Translations under genes and position numbers: made by a program
In this document: positions 19,816 through 28,972 of the stretch, piece after piece
Position numbering within the stretch: the stretch's first letter is position 1
Layout of the letters: each line of letters opens with the position of its first letter
From: Prosthecobacter sp.
GTDB lineage: Bacteria; Verrucomicrobiota; Verrucomicrobiia; Verrucomicrobiales; Verrucomicrobiaceae
Direction: 5' to 3'
DNA: 64,000 bases
Assembly: GCA_030833205.1 (NCBI GenBank)
Contig: JAURHS010000003.1
Coordinates: forward strand, 2,707-66,706
Notes under the pieces: generated by a model
What the model saw: the letters and a program-made list of their open reading frames with translations, nothing else
Databases searched by the model: none
Told to the model about the DNA's origin: nothing

Positions 19816-21117
19816 ATGATGCCCGCCTGCCTTTCCCCTTTGACGCGAGCCGCCGCCCTGGCCCTGACTCTCTCCATCCTTGAGCTTGGCGCGCAAGAGC
19901 CCTCAGGCCAATGGTTCAAGGGCAACACCCACACCCATTCCCTGTGGAGTGATGGCAATGACTTTCCAGAGATGATCTGCAGTTGGTACCGCGATCAGGG
20001 CTACCATTTCCTCGTTCTCTCCGATCACAACACCCTGCAACGCGGAGAGAAGTGGATGAGTGAGGCAGCCATTGAAAAGCGGCGCGGTGCACTTGGCCCC
20101 AGGGTGGCAGACAAGTGCCGCGCACGCTTTGGCGAAGACTGGTTGCAAACCCGACCCGGCGCCGATGGCAAGGGCATTGAGATTCGTCTGCGACAACTTG
20201 ACGAATACCGCCCGCAGTTGGAAAAGCCCGGCCGCTTCCTCCTGGTGCAGGGTGAGGAGGTCAGCGCGCAGTTTGGCAAGGCTCCGATTCACATCAATGC
20301 CGTAAACACCAAGGAGGTGATTGCGCCGCTGAAGGATCTCGGGGATGTGCGCGAGACCCTGCGCGCCAACCTCAAGGCCATTGCGGCCCATGCCAAGGCC
20401 ATTGGCAAGCCAGTGCTCGCCCACCTCAACCATCCCAACTACCGTTGGGCACTCACCGCCGACGATCTGGCGCATGTGGTGGAGGATCAGTTCTTTGAGA
20501 TCTACAACGGCCACCCCGGCATCTATTACGAGGGTGACCCCAAGCGCGTGGATAGCGCTCATGAAAGGATCTGGGACATTGCCAACACCATCCGCATTGC
20601 GCAACTCAAGGCCGCTCCGCTTTATGGCGTGGCCACCGATGACAGCCACCAGTACCACGGTGGCAGCAACACCCCGGGCCGCGGCTGGGTGATGGTCAGG
20701 GCCAGGGATCTCTCCGCTGACGCGCTGGTGCAATCCATGCAACGCGGCGATTTCTACGCTTCAACCGGCGTCAGCCTCAAGGCTGTGGACTTCGACACAA
20801 CGGCGCGACGCCTTAGTCTGCGAATCAACGCCCAACCTGGTGTGCGCTACAAGACCGAGTTTCGCGGCACGCGCCGCGGTTACGACAGCGGCACAAAAGT
20901 GGTGGATGCCCCCGAGGCCGACCCGCAACCCCGACGCCTGGAGCACAGCGCGCAAATCGGAGAATTGCTGGCCAGCGTGGAGGGCGAAACCCCGGCCTAC
21001 ACCTTCACGGGCGATGAGCTCTATGTGCGCGCCATCGTCATTGCCGACAAGCCAATGGCCAACCCACCGGCTCCCGGACACTTGCAGAAGGCCTGGACGC
21101 AGCCCGTGGGCTGGTGA
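19816..21117 (+). CDS. Secreted PHP-domain metallohydrolase
   Basis: Signal peptide, WFKGNTHTHSLWSDG, LSDHN, HLNHPN, EIYNG and ATDDSH. Confidence 0.8.
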   Translation: MMPACLSPLTRAAALALTLSILELGAQEPSGQWFKGNTHTHSLWSDGNDFPEMICSWYRDQGYHFLVLSDHNTLQRGEKWMSEAAIEKRRGALGPRVADKCRARFGEDWLQTRPGADGKGIEIRLRQLDEYRPQLEKPGRFLLVQGEEVSAQFGKAPIHINAVNTKEVIAPLKDLGDVRETLRANLKAIAAHAKAIGKPVLAHLNHPNYRWALTADDLAHVVEDQFFEIYNGHPGIYYEGDPKRVDSAHERIWDIANTIRIAQLKAAPLYGVATDDSHQYHGGSNTPGRGWVMVRARDLSADALVQSMQRGDFYASTGVSLKAVDFDTTARRLSLRINAQPGVRYKTEFRGTRRGYDSGTKVVDAPEADPQPRRLEHSAQIGELLASVEGETPAYTFTGDELYVRAIVIADKPMANPPAPGHLQKAWTQPVGW

Positions 21118-21171
21118 AGGGCTGGCGCTGGATTCTTCACGCCTCGCCCAAGGGGTAAGACATTCCATGTC

Positions 21172-21942
21172 CTAGACCTCGCGCACCGACTTGATGTAGG
21201 CAGCGGCGGCGCGGCGGATCTCTGCGGCGCAGTCGGCGCGTGCCTGGGCAAAGGGCGGGCGAAACCAGGGAAAGGCGCCAATCACATCGTGGGTCACCAG
21301 CACTTGGCCGTTGTTGTCCGGCCCGGAGCCAATGCCAATGGTGCAGCAGGAGACCCTCTTGGTGATCTCCGCAGCCACGGACTCCACCACACTCTCCAGC
21401 ACCATGGCCATGACACCAGCCCGGTCCAGGGCCTCTGCATCTTCGAGCAAGGCTTGGGCCTGATCCTGCGTGCGCCCCTTGCGGCGGTAGGCTCCCTCTT
21501 CAGCAATGCTTTGGGGCAGCATTCCGATGTGGCCACAAACCGGGATGCCTGCCGCGACAATGGCCTGCACTTGAGGCAGCACTCGGCAACCGCCCTCCAG
21601 CTTTACGGCGTTTGCGCCGGCCTGCATGAGGGACTGCGCGCTGGCAAGTGCCTGTGCCGGGCTGTCATAACTGGCGTAGGGCAAATCGGCAATGACGGGC
21701 GAGCGCGGTTGGGCGCGGCAGACAGCGCGGGTGTGCAGGAGCATCATCTCCATGGTGACGCCAGTGGTGTCGGGTAGGCCGTGAACCACCATGCCCAGAG
21801 AGTCACCGACCAGGAGCAGGTCAACGCCGGCCTCATCAAGCAGACGGGCACTGCCGAAGTCGTAGGCCGTGAGCACGGCAAGAGGCGGCCCGCCGCGTTT
21901 GCGTGCGGGTAGATCTCCAAGCGACTGCAAAGGCAGGCTCAT
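21172..21942 (-). CDS. panB: 3-methyl-2-oxobutanoate hydroxymethyltransferase
   Basis: LTAYD, LLVGDSLGM, VKLEGG, GHIG, IGIGSG and GQVLV. Confidence 0.95.
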   Translation of the reverse strand: MSLPLQSLGDLPARKRGGPPLAVLTAYDFGSARLLDEAGVDLLLVGDSLGMVVHGLPDTTGVTMEMMLLHTRAVCRAQPRSPVIADLPYASYDSPAQALASAQSLMQAGANAVKLEGGCRVLPQVQAIVAAGIPVCGHIGMLPQSIAEEGAYRRKGRTQDQAQALLEDAEALDRAGVMAMVLESVVESVAAEITKRVSCCTIGIGSGPDNNGQVLVTHDVIGAFPWFRPPFAQARADCAAEIRRAAAAYIKSVREV

Positions 21943-21950
21943 GCTCAAGA

Positions 21951-23255
21951 TCAATCCACGGCGTTGAGTTTCAACCAGGCCTCCAAGGCAGCGTGACTGC
22001 GATAAAAATCAATCTCTGCCAAGCCCAAGGCCCGCAGCTGCGCGGAGACTTCTGCGGCGCTCAACTCGCCCTGCACCAATTTGCGCAGGCAGGCGGTTTT
22101 GTCGGCTTGGATTTGCAGGAACTCTGCAGCCACCTGCGGCGTCGGCGGGTACTCGCCGCTCTGCTGCCCCTGGCGCAGTACCTGCTTGAAGGCAGCGCCG
22201 CTGCGCGCAGCCTCCTGCTTGGCACGGTTGATGCCGGCATACCAATCCGGGCAGAGCAGGCGGTAGTAATCGCGCATGGCCTGCTTGTTGTAGTGCACCA
22301 CGGCTTGCCGGTTTTCCACCGGCAGGGTGGCGGTGGCGCGGAAGCTGTCGGCGTCAATGGTGTCCACAAACAGCAGGTCATCTCCGTCCACGGCAAATTC
22401 CCATTTCAGATCCCAGAGCTGCAAGCCGGCCTGCTCAAGCATCTCGCGCAGAGCCCAAGCGCCAAGCAGGGCCATTTGGATGCTGGCATCAAAGACCTCG
22501 GCGCCAAGACCGGACATCAGCAGGGCCTCCTGCTTGCTCACCGCGCGGTCTTCGGGTTCGTACTTGCTGGTGAAGTCAAAGATCGGCCGCGGCAACATGT
22601 TCCAAGGCTGCAATTCGCCTTCAACCCCCAATTCCAGGGCGTATTGCCGCTGCTCCAGACCGCCCAAGGCCTGATACTTGCGCATCACCGAACTGCCCGT
22701 GGTCAGGCCAAAGCGCACGATGTATTCCAGCGGAATGACATAGGTGCTGTTTTGGTGAAACTGGCCGTAGTCGTAGACATGATGCCCCATGAGCCGCCGT
22801 TGGGTCGGGTGCATGACCGGGAAGCGGCGCACCACATTCCAGCAACTCGGATGCTGCGGCATGCCCTGCTGACAGACAGCGCCACTTTGCGCGTCAACCA
22901 TGCCCACATGATGCGTGAGGGCACCCCGCTCCTTGAGTTGCGGCAGCACGCCGCGGCTCAGCAAGGCCTCAAAATCCTTGGGCAAATCCGCCTTGGCGAT
23001 GGCCTGCTCGACCCGATGCCAGGTCTGAGGCTGGGCCAAACGCTGGTAGGCGGCGTGGCGGAAGAGGGCGCGGTTGAGGTCATTGCCCTCAATGGTGAAG
23101 ATGCTGCCCACATCGAAGACCGATCCGGACTCCGTGGTCTGGCAGAGCATGAACCCGGGCTGACCGGGAAACTCGTGAAGATTTTGGACCGAGCCACGGT
23201 AGAGGGGCTCGGCGAGGGTGCGCAGGTCAACCTGCTTGGGCAAGGCATCAGACAT
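21951..23255 (-). CDS. purC: SAICAR synthetase-family protein, long divergent form
   Basis: GSVQN, SVFD, IPLEYIVR, GSS, TSKYE..DR, DLKWEF, DSFR and KQAMR. Confidence 0.75.
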   Translation of the reverse strand: MSDALPKQVDLRTLAEPLYRGSVQNLHEFPGQPGFMLCQTTESGSVFDVGSIFTIEGNDLNRALFRHAAYQRLAQPQTWHRVEQAIAKADLPKDFEALLSRGVLPQLKERGALTHHVGMVDAQSGAVCQQGMPQHPSCWNVVRRFPVMHPTQRRLMGHHVYDYGQFHQNSTYVIPLEYIVRFGLTTGSSVMRKYQALGGLEQRQYALELGVEGELQPWNMLPRPIFDFTSKYEPEDRAVSKQEALLMSGLGAEVFDASIQMALLGAWALREMLEQAGLQLWDLKWEFAVDGDDLLFVDTIDADSFRATATLPVENRQAVVHYNKQAMRDYYRLLCPDWYAGINRAKQEAARSGAAFKQVLRQGQQSGEYPPTPQVAAEFLQIQADKTACLRKLVQGELSAAEVSAQLRALGLAEIDFYRSHAALEAWLKLNAVD

Positions 23256-23450
23256 GGGGTGCTGGTTGAGTCTTGGAGCGCCCGCCGTGGGATTGCAAGG
23301 GGGCAAATCAGGCCCACGGCCCCGGAGCAGGCGATCTTGCGCGGCCCTCAGGGCACCGACCTTGTGCTCTGGGGATCAGTTCTCTGGGCACCTCGGACCG
23401 CCGTCAGAGCCTGGCCTGACCCTGCCAATGCGCAAAGGATGAAAAACGCC

Positions 23451-23479
23451 TTGCCAAAGACCCTGAGGCAAGGCATGCT
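23451..23479 (+). promoter_or_regulatory. Putative sigma70 promoter of rpmI-rplT
   Basis: TTGCCA-N17-CATGCT, ending 11 nt before the rpmI ATG. Confidence 0.5.
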
Positions 23480-23490
23480 GCCAGCCCCCT

Positions 23491-23703
23491 ATGTCCAAGA
23501 ACGCTGGTATCGCCAAAACGAGAAAATCCGTCGCCAAGCGGTTTAAAGTCACTGCAACGGGTAAGGTCTTGCGCCGTAAACAGGGCAAGCGCCACATCCT
23601 GCAAAACAAGAACCGCAAGCGCAAACGGAACCTCGGCAAGGTGGCGCTGGTCGCTGAAACGGACAAGAAGGCCATCCTGGCGAACCTTCCGTTCTCCCGA
23701 TGA
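23491..23703 (+). CDS. rpmI: 50S ribosomal protein L35
   Basis: KTRKSVAKRFKVTATGK and GKRHIL. Confidence 0.96.
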   Translation: MSKNAGIAKTRKSVAKRFKVTATGKVLRRKQGKRHILQNKNRKRKRNLGKVALVAETDKKAILANLPFSR

Positions 23704-23712
23704 TGACCACCA

Positions 23713-23789
23713 GACCCTCGCTTTGAGGGTCAGGGTGCGGTGGACTGGTCAGCCTGTCTGACCTGTCGTTTGGGTGAGTCCACACACCT
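23713..23789 (+). promoter_or_regulatory. Structured intercistronic RNA, candidate L20-responsive element
   Basis: Perfect stems GACCCTC/GAGGGTC, GTGGACT/AGTCCAC and GGTCAG/CTGACC. Confidence 0.45.
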
Positions 23790-23823
23790 CTCTTGATCAA
23801 CAGCCCGAGCGACCCCCGATACC

Positions 23824-24207
23824 ATGCCAAGAGCCACCAACGCACCAGCCAGCCGCAAACGGCGTAAACGCACAATCGCCAAAGCCAAGGGATACCAAGG
23901 CTTCCGCAAGACGCACTTCCGCTACGCGAAGGACGCCGTGCGCAAGGCGATGACCTACGCCTACCGCGATCGCAAGGTCCGCAAGCGCACCTTCCGCAAC
24001 CTCTGGGTGCAGCGCATCAACGCCGCTGCGCGCCCCTTGGGCATCACCTACAGCCGCCTCATTGAAGGTCTCGACGCCGCCGGCATCAGCATTGACCGCA
24101 AGGTCCTGGCTGACCTCGCCGTCAAGGACGAGGCCGCCTTTGCCGCCATCGCCGAACAGGCGAAGCAGGCTCTGGCCAAGAAGGCAGCCGCCGCCGTTGC
24201 CGCCTAA
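23824..24207 (+). CDS. rplT: 50S ribosomal protein L20
   Basis: [28 protein letters not shown] and DRKVLADLA. Confidence 0.97.
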   Translation: MPRATNAPASRKRRKRTIAKAKGYQGFRKTHFRYAKDAVRKAMTYAYRDRKVRKRTFRNLWVQRINAAARPLGITYSRLIEGLDAAGISIDRKVLADLAVKDEAAFAAIAEQAKQALAKKAAAAVAA

Positions 24208-24282
24208 AACGCAAGCTGGAAGGGCCAAAGCGGCCCTGCCAGATTGATCTTGATCCCTGCCCCTCAAAGGCAGTCACCAATC

Positions 24283-24327
24283 GAGCCTCGTGGCCGCGAT
24301 TTTCGCGGTGCCCGAGGCTCTTTTGTT
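24283..24327 (+). terminator. Rho-independent terminator after rplT
   Basis: GAGCCTCG...CGAGGCTC stem followed by TTTTGTT. Confidence 0.8.
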
Positions 24328-24477
24328 CCCTGTCGTGGCCACTGGAGTTTGCGCAGGCTCGCAAGCCCCCGGTCGGCCCTGGAGTCATGGTCCTACGTTG
24401 AGCCTCCCTGCATTTCTGCTTTCGCATTGACTGACGCGGGGCATGTTAGGCTTTCGCACGAACCCAATCCCTGCCTC

Positions 24478-25074
24478 ATGCAAGCTCCCCGTCAGGCTCA
24501 AGAGAAGCGCAAGACCGCTGAAACCGACATCCAGCTCGAGTTGCTGGTGGACGGCAGTGGCAAGTCTGAAATTGACACTGGTATCGCTTTTTTCGATCAC
24601 ATGCTCACGCTGTTTGCGCGCCACGGACTCTTTGACCTCAAGGTCAAGGTCAAGGGCGACATCGAGGTGGACTTCCATCACAGCGTTGAGGACACCGGCA
24701 TCGTGCTGGGTCAATGTTTTCGCCGCGCCCTGGGCAACAAGGAAGGCATCACACGCTACGGCTTCTGGCTGCTGCCCATGGACGAGACCTTGGCAGAGGT
24801 GGCCATTGATCTGAGCTCGCGCCCCTTCCTGAGCTATCACGCCCCGGCGCAGGTTGAGGCCATTGGCGGACGATTCAGCTTCCAACTCGTCGAGGAGTTC
24901 CTGCGCGCCTTCAGCTCAAGCCTGCAGGCCACACTGCATGTTGAAATTCGCCGCGGGCGCGATGCCCACCACATGGCCGAAGCCATCTTCAAGGGCCTGG
25001 CCCGGGCGCTTGATGTGGCGGTGCGACGCGATCCGCGTGTTCAAGGCATTCCCAGCACCAAGGAAGTTCTCTGA
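24478..25074 (+). CDS. hisB: Imidazoleglycerol-phosphate dehydratase
   Basis: [31 protein letters not shown] and PSTK. Confidence 0.96.
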   Translation: MQAPRQAQEKRKTAETDIQLELLVDGSGKSEIDTGIAFFDHMLTLFARHGLFDLKVKVKGDIEVDFHHSVEDTGIVLGQCFRRALGNKEGITRYGFWLLPMDETLAEVAIDLSSRPFLSYHAPAQVEAIGGRFSFQLVEEFLRAFSSSLQATLHVEIRRGRDAHHMAEAIFKGLARALDVAVRRDPRVQGIPSTKEVL

Positions 25075-25080
25075 TCCTGC

Positions 25081-25767
25081 ATGAAGCTCGGAGTTCTCGA
25101 CTACGGCGCAGGCAATCTGCGCAGCGTGCTCAACGCCATTGCGGCCACCGGCCGCCAAGCCACTCTGGTCACCAAGCCCGAAGACTTCGAGCCTCTCGAT
25201 CTTCTGGTCTTTCCTGGACAGGGCGCTTTTGGCGACAGCGTGCGGATCCTCAAGGCCAATGGCCTGTGGGAACCGCTGCAGACCTGGCTGCGGGAGGGTC
25301 GGCCTTATCTGGGCATCTGCCTGGGCTACCAACTGCTCTTTGAATCCAGTCAGGAGTGTGCGGGCGTGCGCGGGCTTGGCGTGGCCGCGGGAGAGGTCCG
25401 CCGCTTCGAGGCAAGAGCGGGCCTGAAGGTCCCGCACATGGGCTGGAACGATACCCAATTGCTGCAGCCAGGCCACCCCTGCTGGCAAGGCCTGCCCAAC
25501 CCCGCGCACTTCTACTTCGTGCACAGTTACCATCCTCATCCTGAGGACCCGGCGCTGGCCCTGTGCAGCACCCACTACGACGGGGACTTTGTCTCTGGCA
25601 TCGCGGCACCTGGCCTGCTTGCCGTGCAGTTCCATCCTGAAAAAAGCCAGGCCAACGGCCTGCGCTTGCTGGACAATTGCATCAAGGTGCTGGCCGCCGG
25701 CGTTTCCGAAACTGCCACTCCTCAAGCCCCATCATCATGCGCCGCCGCCGATTCGGACCTCCGCTAG
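25081..25767 (+). CDS. hisH: Imidazole glycerol phosphate synthase glutaminase subunit
   Basis: DYGAGN, PGQG, GICLG, PHMGWN, YFVHSY and QFHPEKS. Confidence 0.95.
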   Translation: MKLGVLDYGAGNLRSVLNAIAATGRQATLVTKPEDFEPLDLLVFPGQGAFGDSVRILKANGLWEPLQTWLREGRPYLGICLGYQLLFESSQECAGVRGLGVAAGEVRRFEARAGLKVPHMGWNDTQLLQPGHPCWQGLPNPAHFYFVHSYHPHPEDPALALCSTHYDGDFVSGIAAPGLLAVQFHPEKSQANGLRLLDNCIKVLAAGVSETATPQAPSSCAAADSDLR

Positions 25768-25886
25768 TTCCCGGACTCAGGTGGCTTCTGCTGGCCCTAC
25801 TGCTGGTGGTCAGCGTGGGTGGGTTTTACCGTTGGCTTGCCCAACACAGCGCCTTCGTGCAGCGCAGCACGCCAGCACAACCTTGA
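25737..25886 (+). CDS. Putative small single-pass membrane protein (49 aa)
   Basis: MRRRRFGPPLVPGLRWLLLALLLVVSVGGFYRWL...: basic N-terminus plus TM helix. Fills the hisH-menA gap. Confidence 0.45.
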   Translation: MRRRRFGPPLVPGLRWLLLALLLVVSVGGFYRWLAQHSAFVQRSTPAQP

Positions 25887-25913
25887 AGTTGCAGAGCGAT
25901 TGCCCACAGCCCC

Positions 25914-26798
25914 ATGTCTGCCTCTACCCTTCATGCGTGGCTGATGGCAGCCCGTCCCAAGACACTCGTCGCTGCGGTCGCCCCCGTGGTGCTGGGTTTT
26001 TGGATCGCTGCAAAGCGGCAGTCCCAACCCCTTGAACTGGGCCTGTTGGCGCTGACTCTGGGCAGCACGCTGGCGCTGCAATTGGCCACCAACGGATTCA
26101 ATGACGCGCTGGATTTTGCGCAGGGCAAGGACACCGGGGCAAGAGTGGGGCCGCAGCGCATGACTGCCACCGGTCGTCTTCAGGGAGCGCAGGTCATGCG
26201 CGCTTCGGCACTCATGCTCGGCATTGCCGCAGCCCTTTCCATTCCACTCATCGAGGCCCGCGGCTGGCCAATCTTGGCCATCGGGATTCCCTCCTTGTAC
26301 TTCTGCTATGGCTACACGGGCGGCCCCCTGCCGCTTGCCTATCACGGCCTGGGCGAACTTTTTGTGATGCTGTTTTTTGGTCTGGTCGCCGTCAGCGGAT
26401 CCGCCTTTGTGCAAAGCGGGCTCTGGCTGCCGGAGGCTCTGGTGGCCGGTCTGCAGATTGGAGCGCTAAGCACCGTGCTGATCGCCATCAACAACCTGCG
26501 CGACATTCATGAGGATCGCAGCACGGGCAAACGGACGCTTGCGGTCAGGCTTGGCCTGCGCGGTGCCAGGTTGGAGATCACACTGCTGCTCCTGCTGCCA
26601 CATCTGGCACTGCCCTGGTGGCAGGCGCGCGGATTGGCCGCAGTGGGCCTGCAACCGCTGTGGCTGCTACCACTTCAACTCTGGCTCTGCCAGCGCGTCT
26701 GGCGCGAGCCCCCGGGCCAGGTGCACAATCGACTGCTGGCCATCGCCGGAGTGCAATTGCTGATTTTCGCTGCACTCTTTTGTGCGGCGTGGCCGTGA
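25914..26798 (+). CDS. menA: 1,4-dihydroxy-2-naphthoate polyprenyltransferase
   Basis: WLMAARPKTL, NDALDF..GKDT..RVGP, YTGGP and NNLRD...D...GKRTLAV. Confidence 0.94.
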   Translation: MSASTLHAWLMAARPKTLVAAVAPVVLGFWIAAKRQSQPLELGLLALTLGSTLALQLATNGFNDALDFAQGKDTGARVGPQRMTATGRLQGAQVMRASALMLGIAAALSIPLIEARGWPILAIGIPSLYFCYGYTGGPLPLAYHGLGELFVMLFFGLVAVSGSAFVQSGLWLPEALVAGLQIGALSTVLIAINNLRDIHEDRSTGKRTLAVRLGLRGARLEITLLLLLPHLALPWWQARGLAAVGLQPLWLLPLQLWLCQRVWREPPGQVHNRLLAIAGVQLLIFAALFCAAWP

Positions 26799-26840
26799 GA
26801 TGCCGCGTTGGCAATGAGGTTGTCTGCCAGTGAGCGCCCC

Positions 26841-27827
26841 ATGAGTGTCGCCCCCATCGAAGTCCACGAGTACCTGCTCTGCAGCAAGGTGGCACTCAAC
26901 AGTGCCTCGGTTCGGCGCACCTTTCCTGGCGCCCTGATCCGTGTTGGCAACGGTCATGGCTGCATTCATCCTTGGCCTGAATTCGGCGATGCGCCGCTTG
27001 ATCAGCACTTGCGCAGCCTGCTCGAGGGCCACCCCACCGCACTTGCCGCCCAGGCACTGCATTGCGCAGCGCTCGACGGTCAGGCGCGAGCAGCCGGGCG
27101 CAGTCTGTTCGAGGGCCTGCAAATCCCGCGCAGTCATTACTCATGGAGCTTTGGGCTGCCCAGCGCAGCCCAGATGAAGCGCGTGGCCGATGAGCAGTGG
27201 CCGGCGCTCAAGGCCAAGGGCTGTGCCAATGTGGGGGAAACCCGCGAGTTTCTCAATCAGTGCGCACGCTTCATGGGCGATCAGCCCCTTGGCCTACGGG
27301 TGGATTTCAACGGCTGTTTGAGCCGTGGGGATTTCGAGCGCTTCATCGAGTTCATGCCGCTGCGCACCCATCAACGGCTGGACTGGGTGGAGGACCCTTT
27401 TGCGCATGATGACGAGCAGTGGGATCAGGTGCGCAGGCGTTGGCAGATTCGGCTGGCGCTAGACAAGGGTTGGCGGGGAGCTCGCGGCGGCTTCGACCGC
27501 GTGGTGATCAAACCCGCGCGAAGATGCTGGCGCGAGGTCGCGGCCCTGCATCATCAGAGTGTGCTCGTTTTCACTTCGGCCATGGATCATCCCATCGGTC
27601 AGATGTACGCCGCCCTGCAGGCCGCATTGGCGCTTCAGGAACTTGGCCCCGATCGGTTGGATTCCGGCGGACTTTGCACCCAACATCTTTTCGAACCCAA
27701 TGCCTTTCTGGAGCGGGTGCAATCACCAGGAGGCAGTCTGCAGCCCGACGAGGTCGGCGGCGGCCTGGGTTTTGGCGATCTGCTCGAGGCCCTGCCCTGG
27801 CGCAAACTGGAACAAGCCCTGGCCTGA
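26841..27827 (+). CDS. menC: o-succinylbenzoate synthase (enolase superfamily)
   Basis: HPWPEFGD, KxK (LKAK), RVDFN, VEDP, ALD and IKP. Adjacent to menA. Confidence 0.75.
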   Translation: MSVAPIEVHEYLLCSKVALNSASVRRTFPGALIRVGNGHGCIHPWPEFGDAPLDQHLRSLLEGHPTALAAQALHCAALDGQARAAGRSLFEGLQIPRSHYSWSFGLPSAAQMKRVADEQWPALKAKGCANVGETREFLNQCARFMGDQPLGLRVDFNGCLSRGDFERFIEFMPLRTHQRLDWVEDPFAHDDEQWDQVRRRWQIRLALDKGWRGARGGFDRVVIKPARRCWREVAALHHQSVLVFTSAMDHPIGQMYAALQAALALQELGPDRLDSGGLCTQHLFEPNAFLERVQSPGGSLQPDEVGGGLGFGDLLEALPWRKLEQALA

Positions 27828-27835
27828 TCCGCGAC

Positions 27836-28972
27836 TCAGCGCCGACAGAGGCGCTGAAACATCCAGCCGCCAATGCCCATGAAGAGGACATTGGGCAACC
27901 ACATGATGAGATGAGGCATCGCCGCAGCACTGTCGTGAAGGGTGTCGGCGACAATGATGATGCCGATGTAAAGCGTGGCCACCAGCAGGCTCAGGGCAAA
28001 GCCCGTTGAGGTTTCACGCCGCTGCGCCGTCACCCCAAGTGGGATGGCCACCAGGGCAAAGGTCAGGCAGGCCAGTGAAAAACTGTAGCGCTTGCTCAGC
28101 TCGGTTCGCGCATGGGAAAGCCGCACGGCATCAAGCACCCTTCCGTTGAGCGCGTCGATGCCATCGCGAAGTTCCTGCCAAAGCTGAGGAGTGCTTTTCA
28201 TGCTGGCATTGACATTGACGGCGGCATCCTTCATGCGCGAAAGCGGGAAGTTCATCGCCATCTGCTCGGCAAACAGGTAGTCGGTGTGCTTCACCTCCTT
28301 CTGTGCGTTGAGGGTGTACGATTCAATTTCGGCGTCCTTCAACTCTAGGGTGAAGTCCAACTCGCCTGGCCTGGGCACCAGCGTTGCGTGCTTGGCACGG
28401 ATTAAGCGGCGGGCACGGGATTTGTCCAACTCCACAATCTCCAACCCTTCCAGCAGGCGTCCATCGCGCTTGGTGGTGAAGATGCGCAGCCCGGGAATGC
28501 GGTCGAGTACCCGCCCAGGTTGAAACAAGGCCTCAGGATTCTGCACCGCCACCTCGTAAAACAATCGCTTCATGCGATTCTTGGCTGATGGCGCAAGGTC
28601 CACATTCACCCAGTAGCAGAGTCCACTGAAGAGCAAGGCAAGCACAAACACCGGCGCACAGAGGCGCGCCACCGGGCTGCCTGTCATCTTCATCGCCACC
28701 CACTCGTTGTCGGCAGAGAGGCGCCCGAAGACCAGCAGGATGGCAGTGAGAAAGGCCCAGGGAATGGTGAAGATCAGGGAAAAAGGCACCAGCAGGGCCA
28801 TGAATTCCAAGGCCACCGCCAAAGGCAACTCCGCGTCTCCGAGCAACTGCCCAAGCTTTTTGTAGACATTACCCAGCACCATCACCGCGCTGAGCAGCAG
28901 CACCCCAGTGGCCGTGGCCCAAAGGATCTGCCGTCCAACGAGGCGATCCAAAATTCGTGGCCGCAACCTCAT
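27836..28972 (-). CDS. LptF/LptG-family LPS export permease
   Basis: ILDR, 3+3 TM layout, GRLSADNE, LVAIPLG and WLPN. Confidence 0.9.
   Translation of the reverse strand: MRLRPRILDRLVGRQILWATATGVLLLSAVMVLGNVYKKLGQLLGDAELPLAVALEFMALLVPFSLIFTIPWAFLTAILLVFGRLSADNEWVAMKMTGSPVARLCAPVFVLALLFSGLCYWVNVDLAPSAKNRMKRLFYEVAVQNPEALFQPGRVLDRIPGLRIFTTKRDGRLLEGLEIVELDKSRARRLIRAKHATLVPRPGELDFTLELKDAEIESYTLNAQKEVKHTDYLFAEQMAMNFPLSRMKDAAVNVNASMKSTPQLWQELRDGIDALNGRVLDAVRLSHARTELSKRYSFSLACLTFALVAIPLGVTAQRRETSTGFALSLLVATLYIGIIIVADTLHDSAAAMPHLIMWLPNVLFMGIGGWMFQRLCRR

Noticed and set aside
23256-23450. Purine or ZTP riboswitch upstream of purC
   Set aside because: The conserved ZTP and purine aptamer motifs are not recognisable, and a promoter-like TTGCAA lies close to the start, leaving little leader.
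24328-24477. His attenuator leader upstream of hisB
   Set aside because: There is no His-codon-rich leader peptide, and the upstream terminator is explained by rplT.
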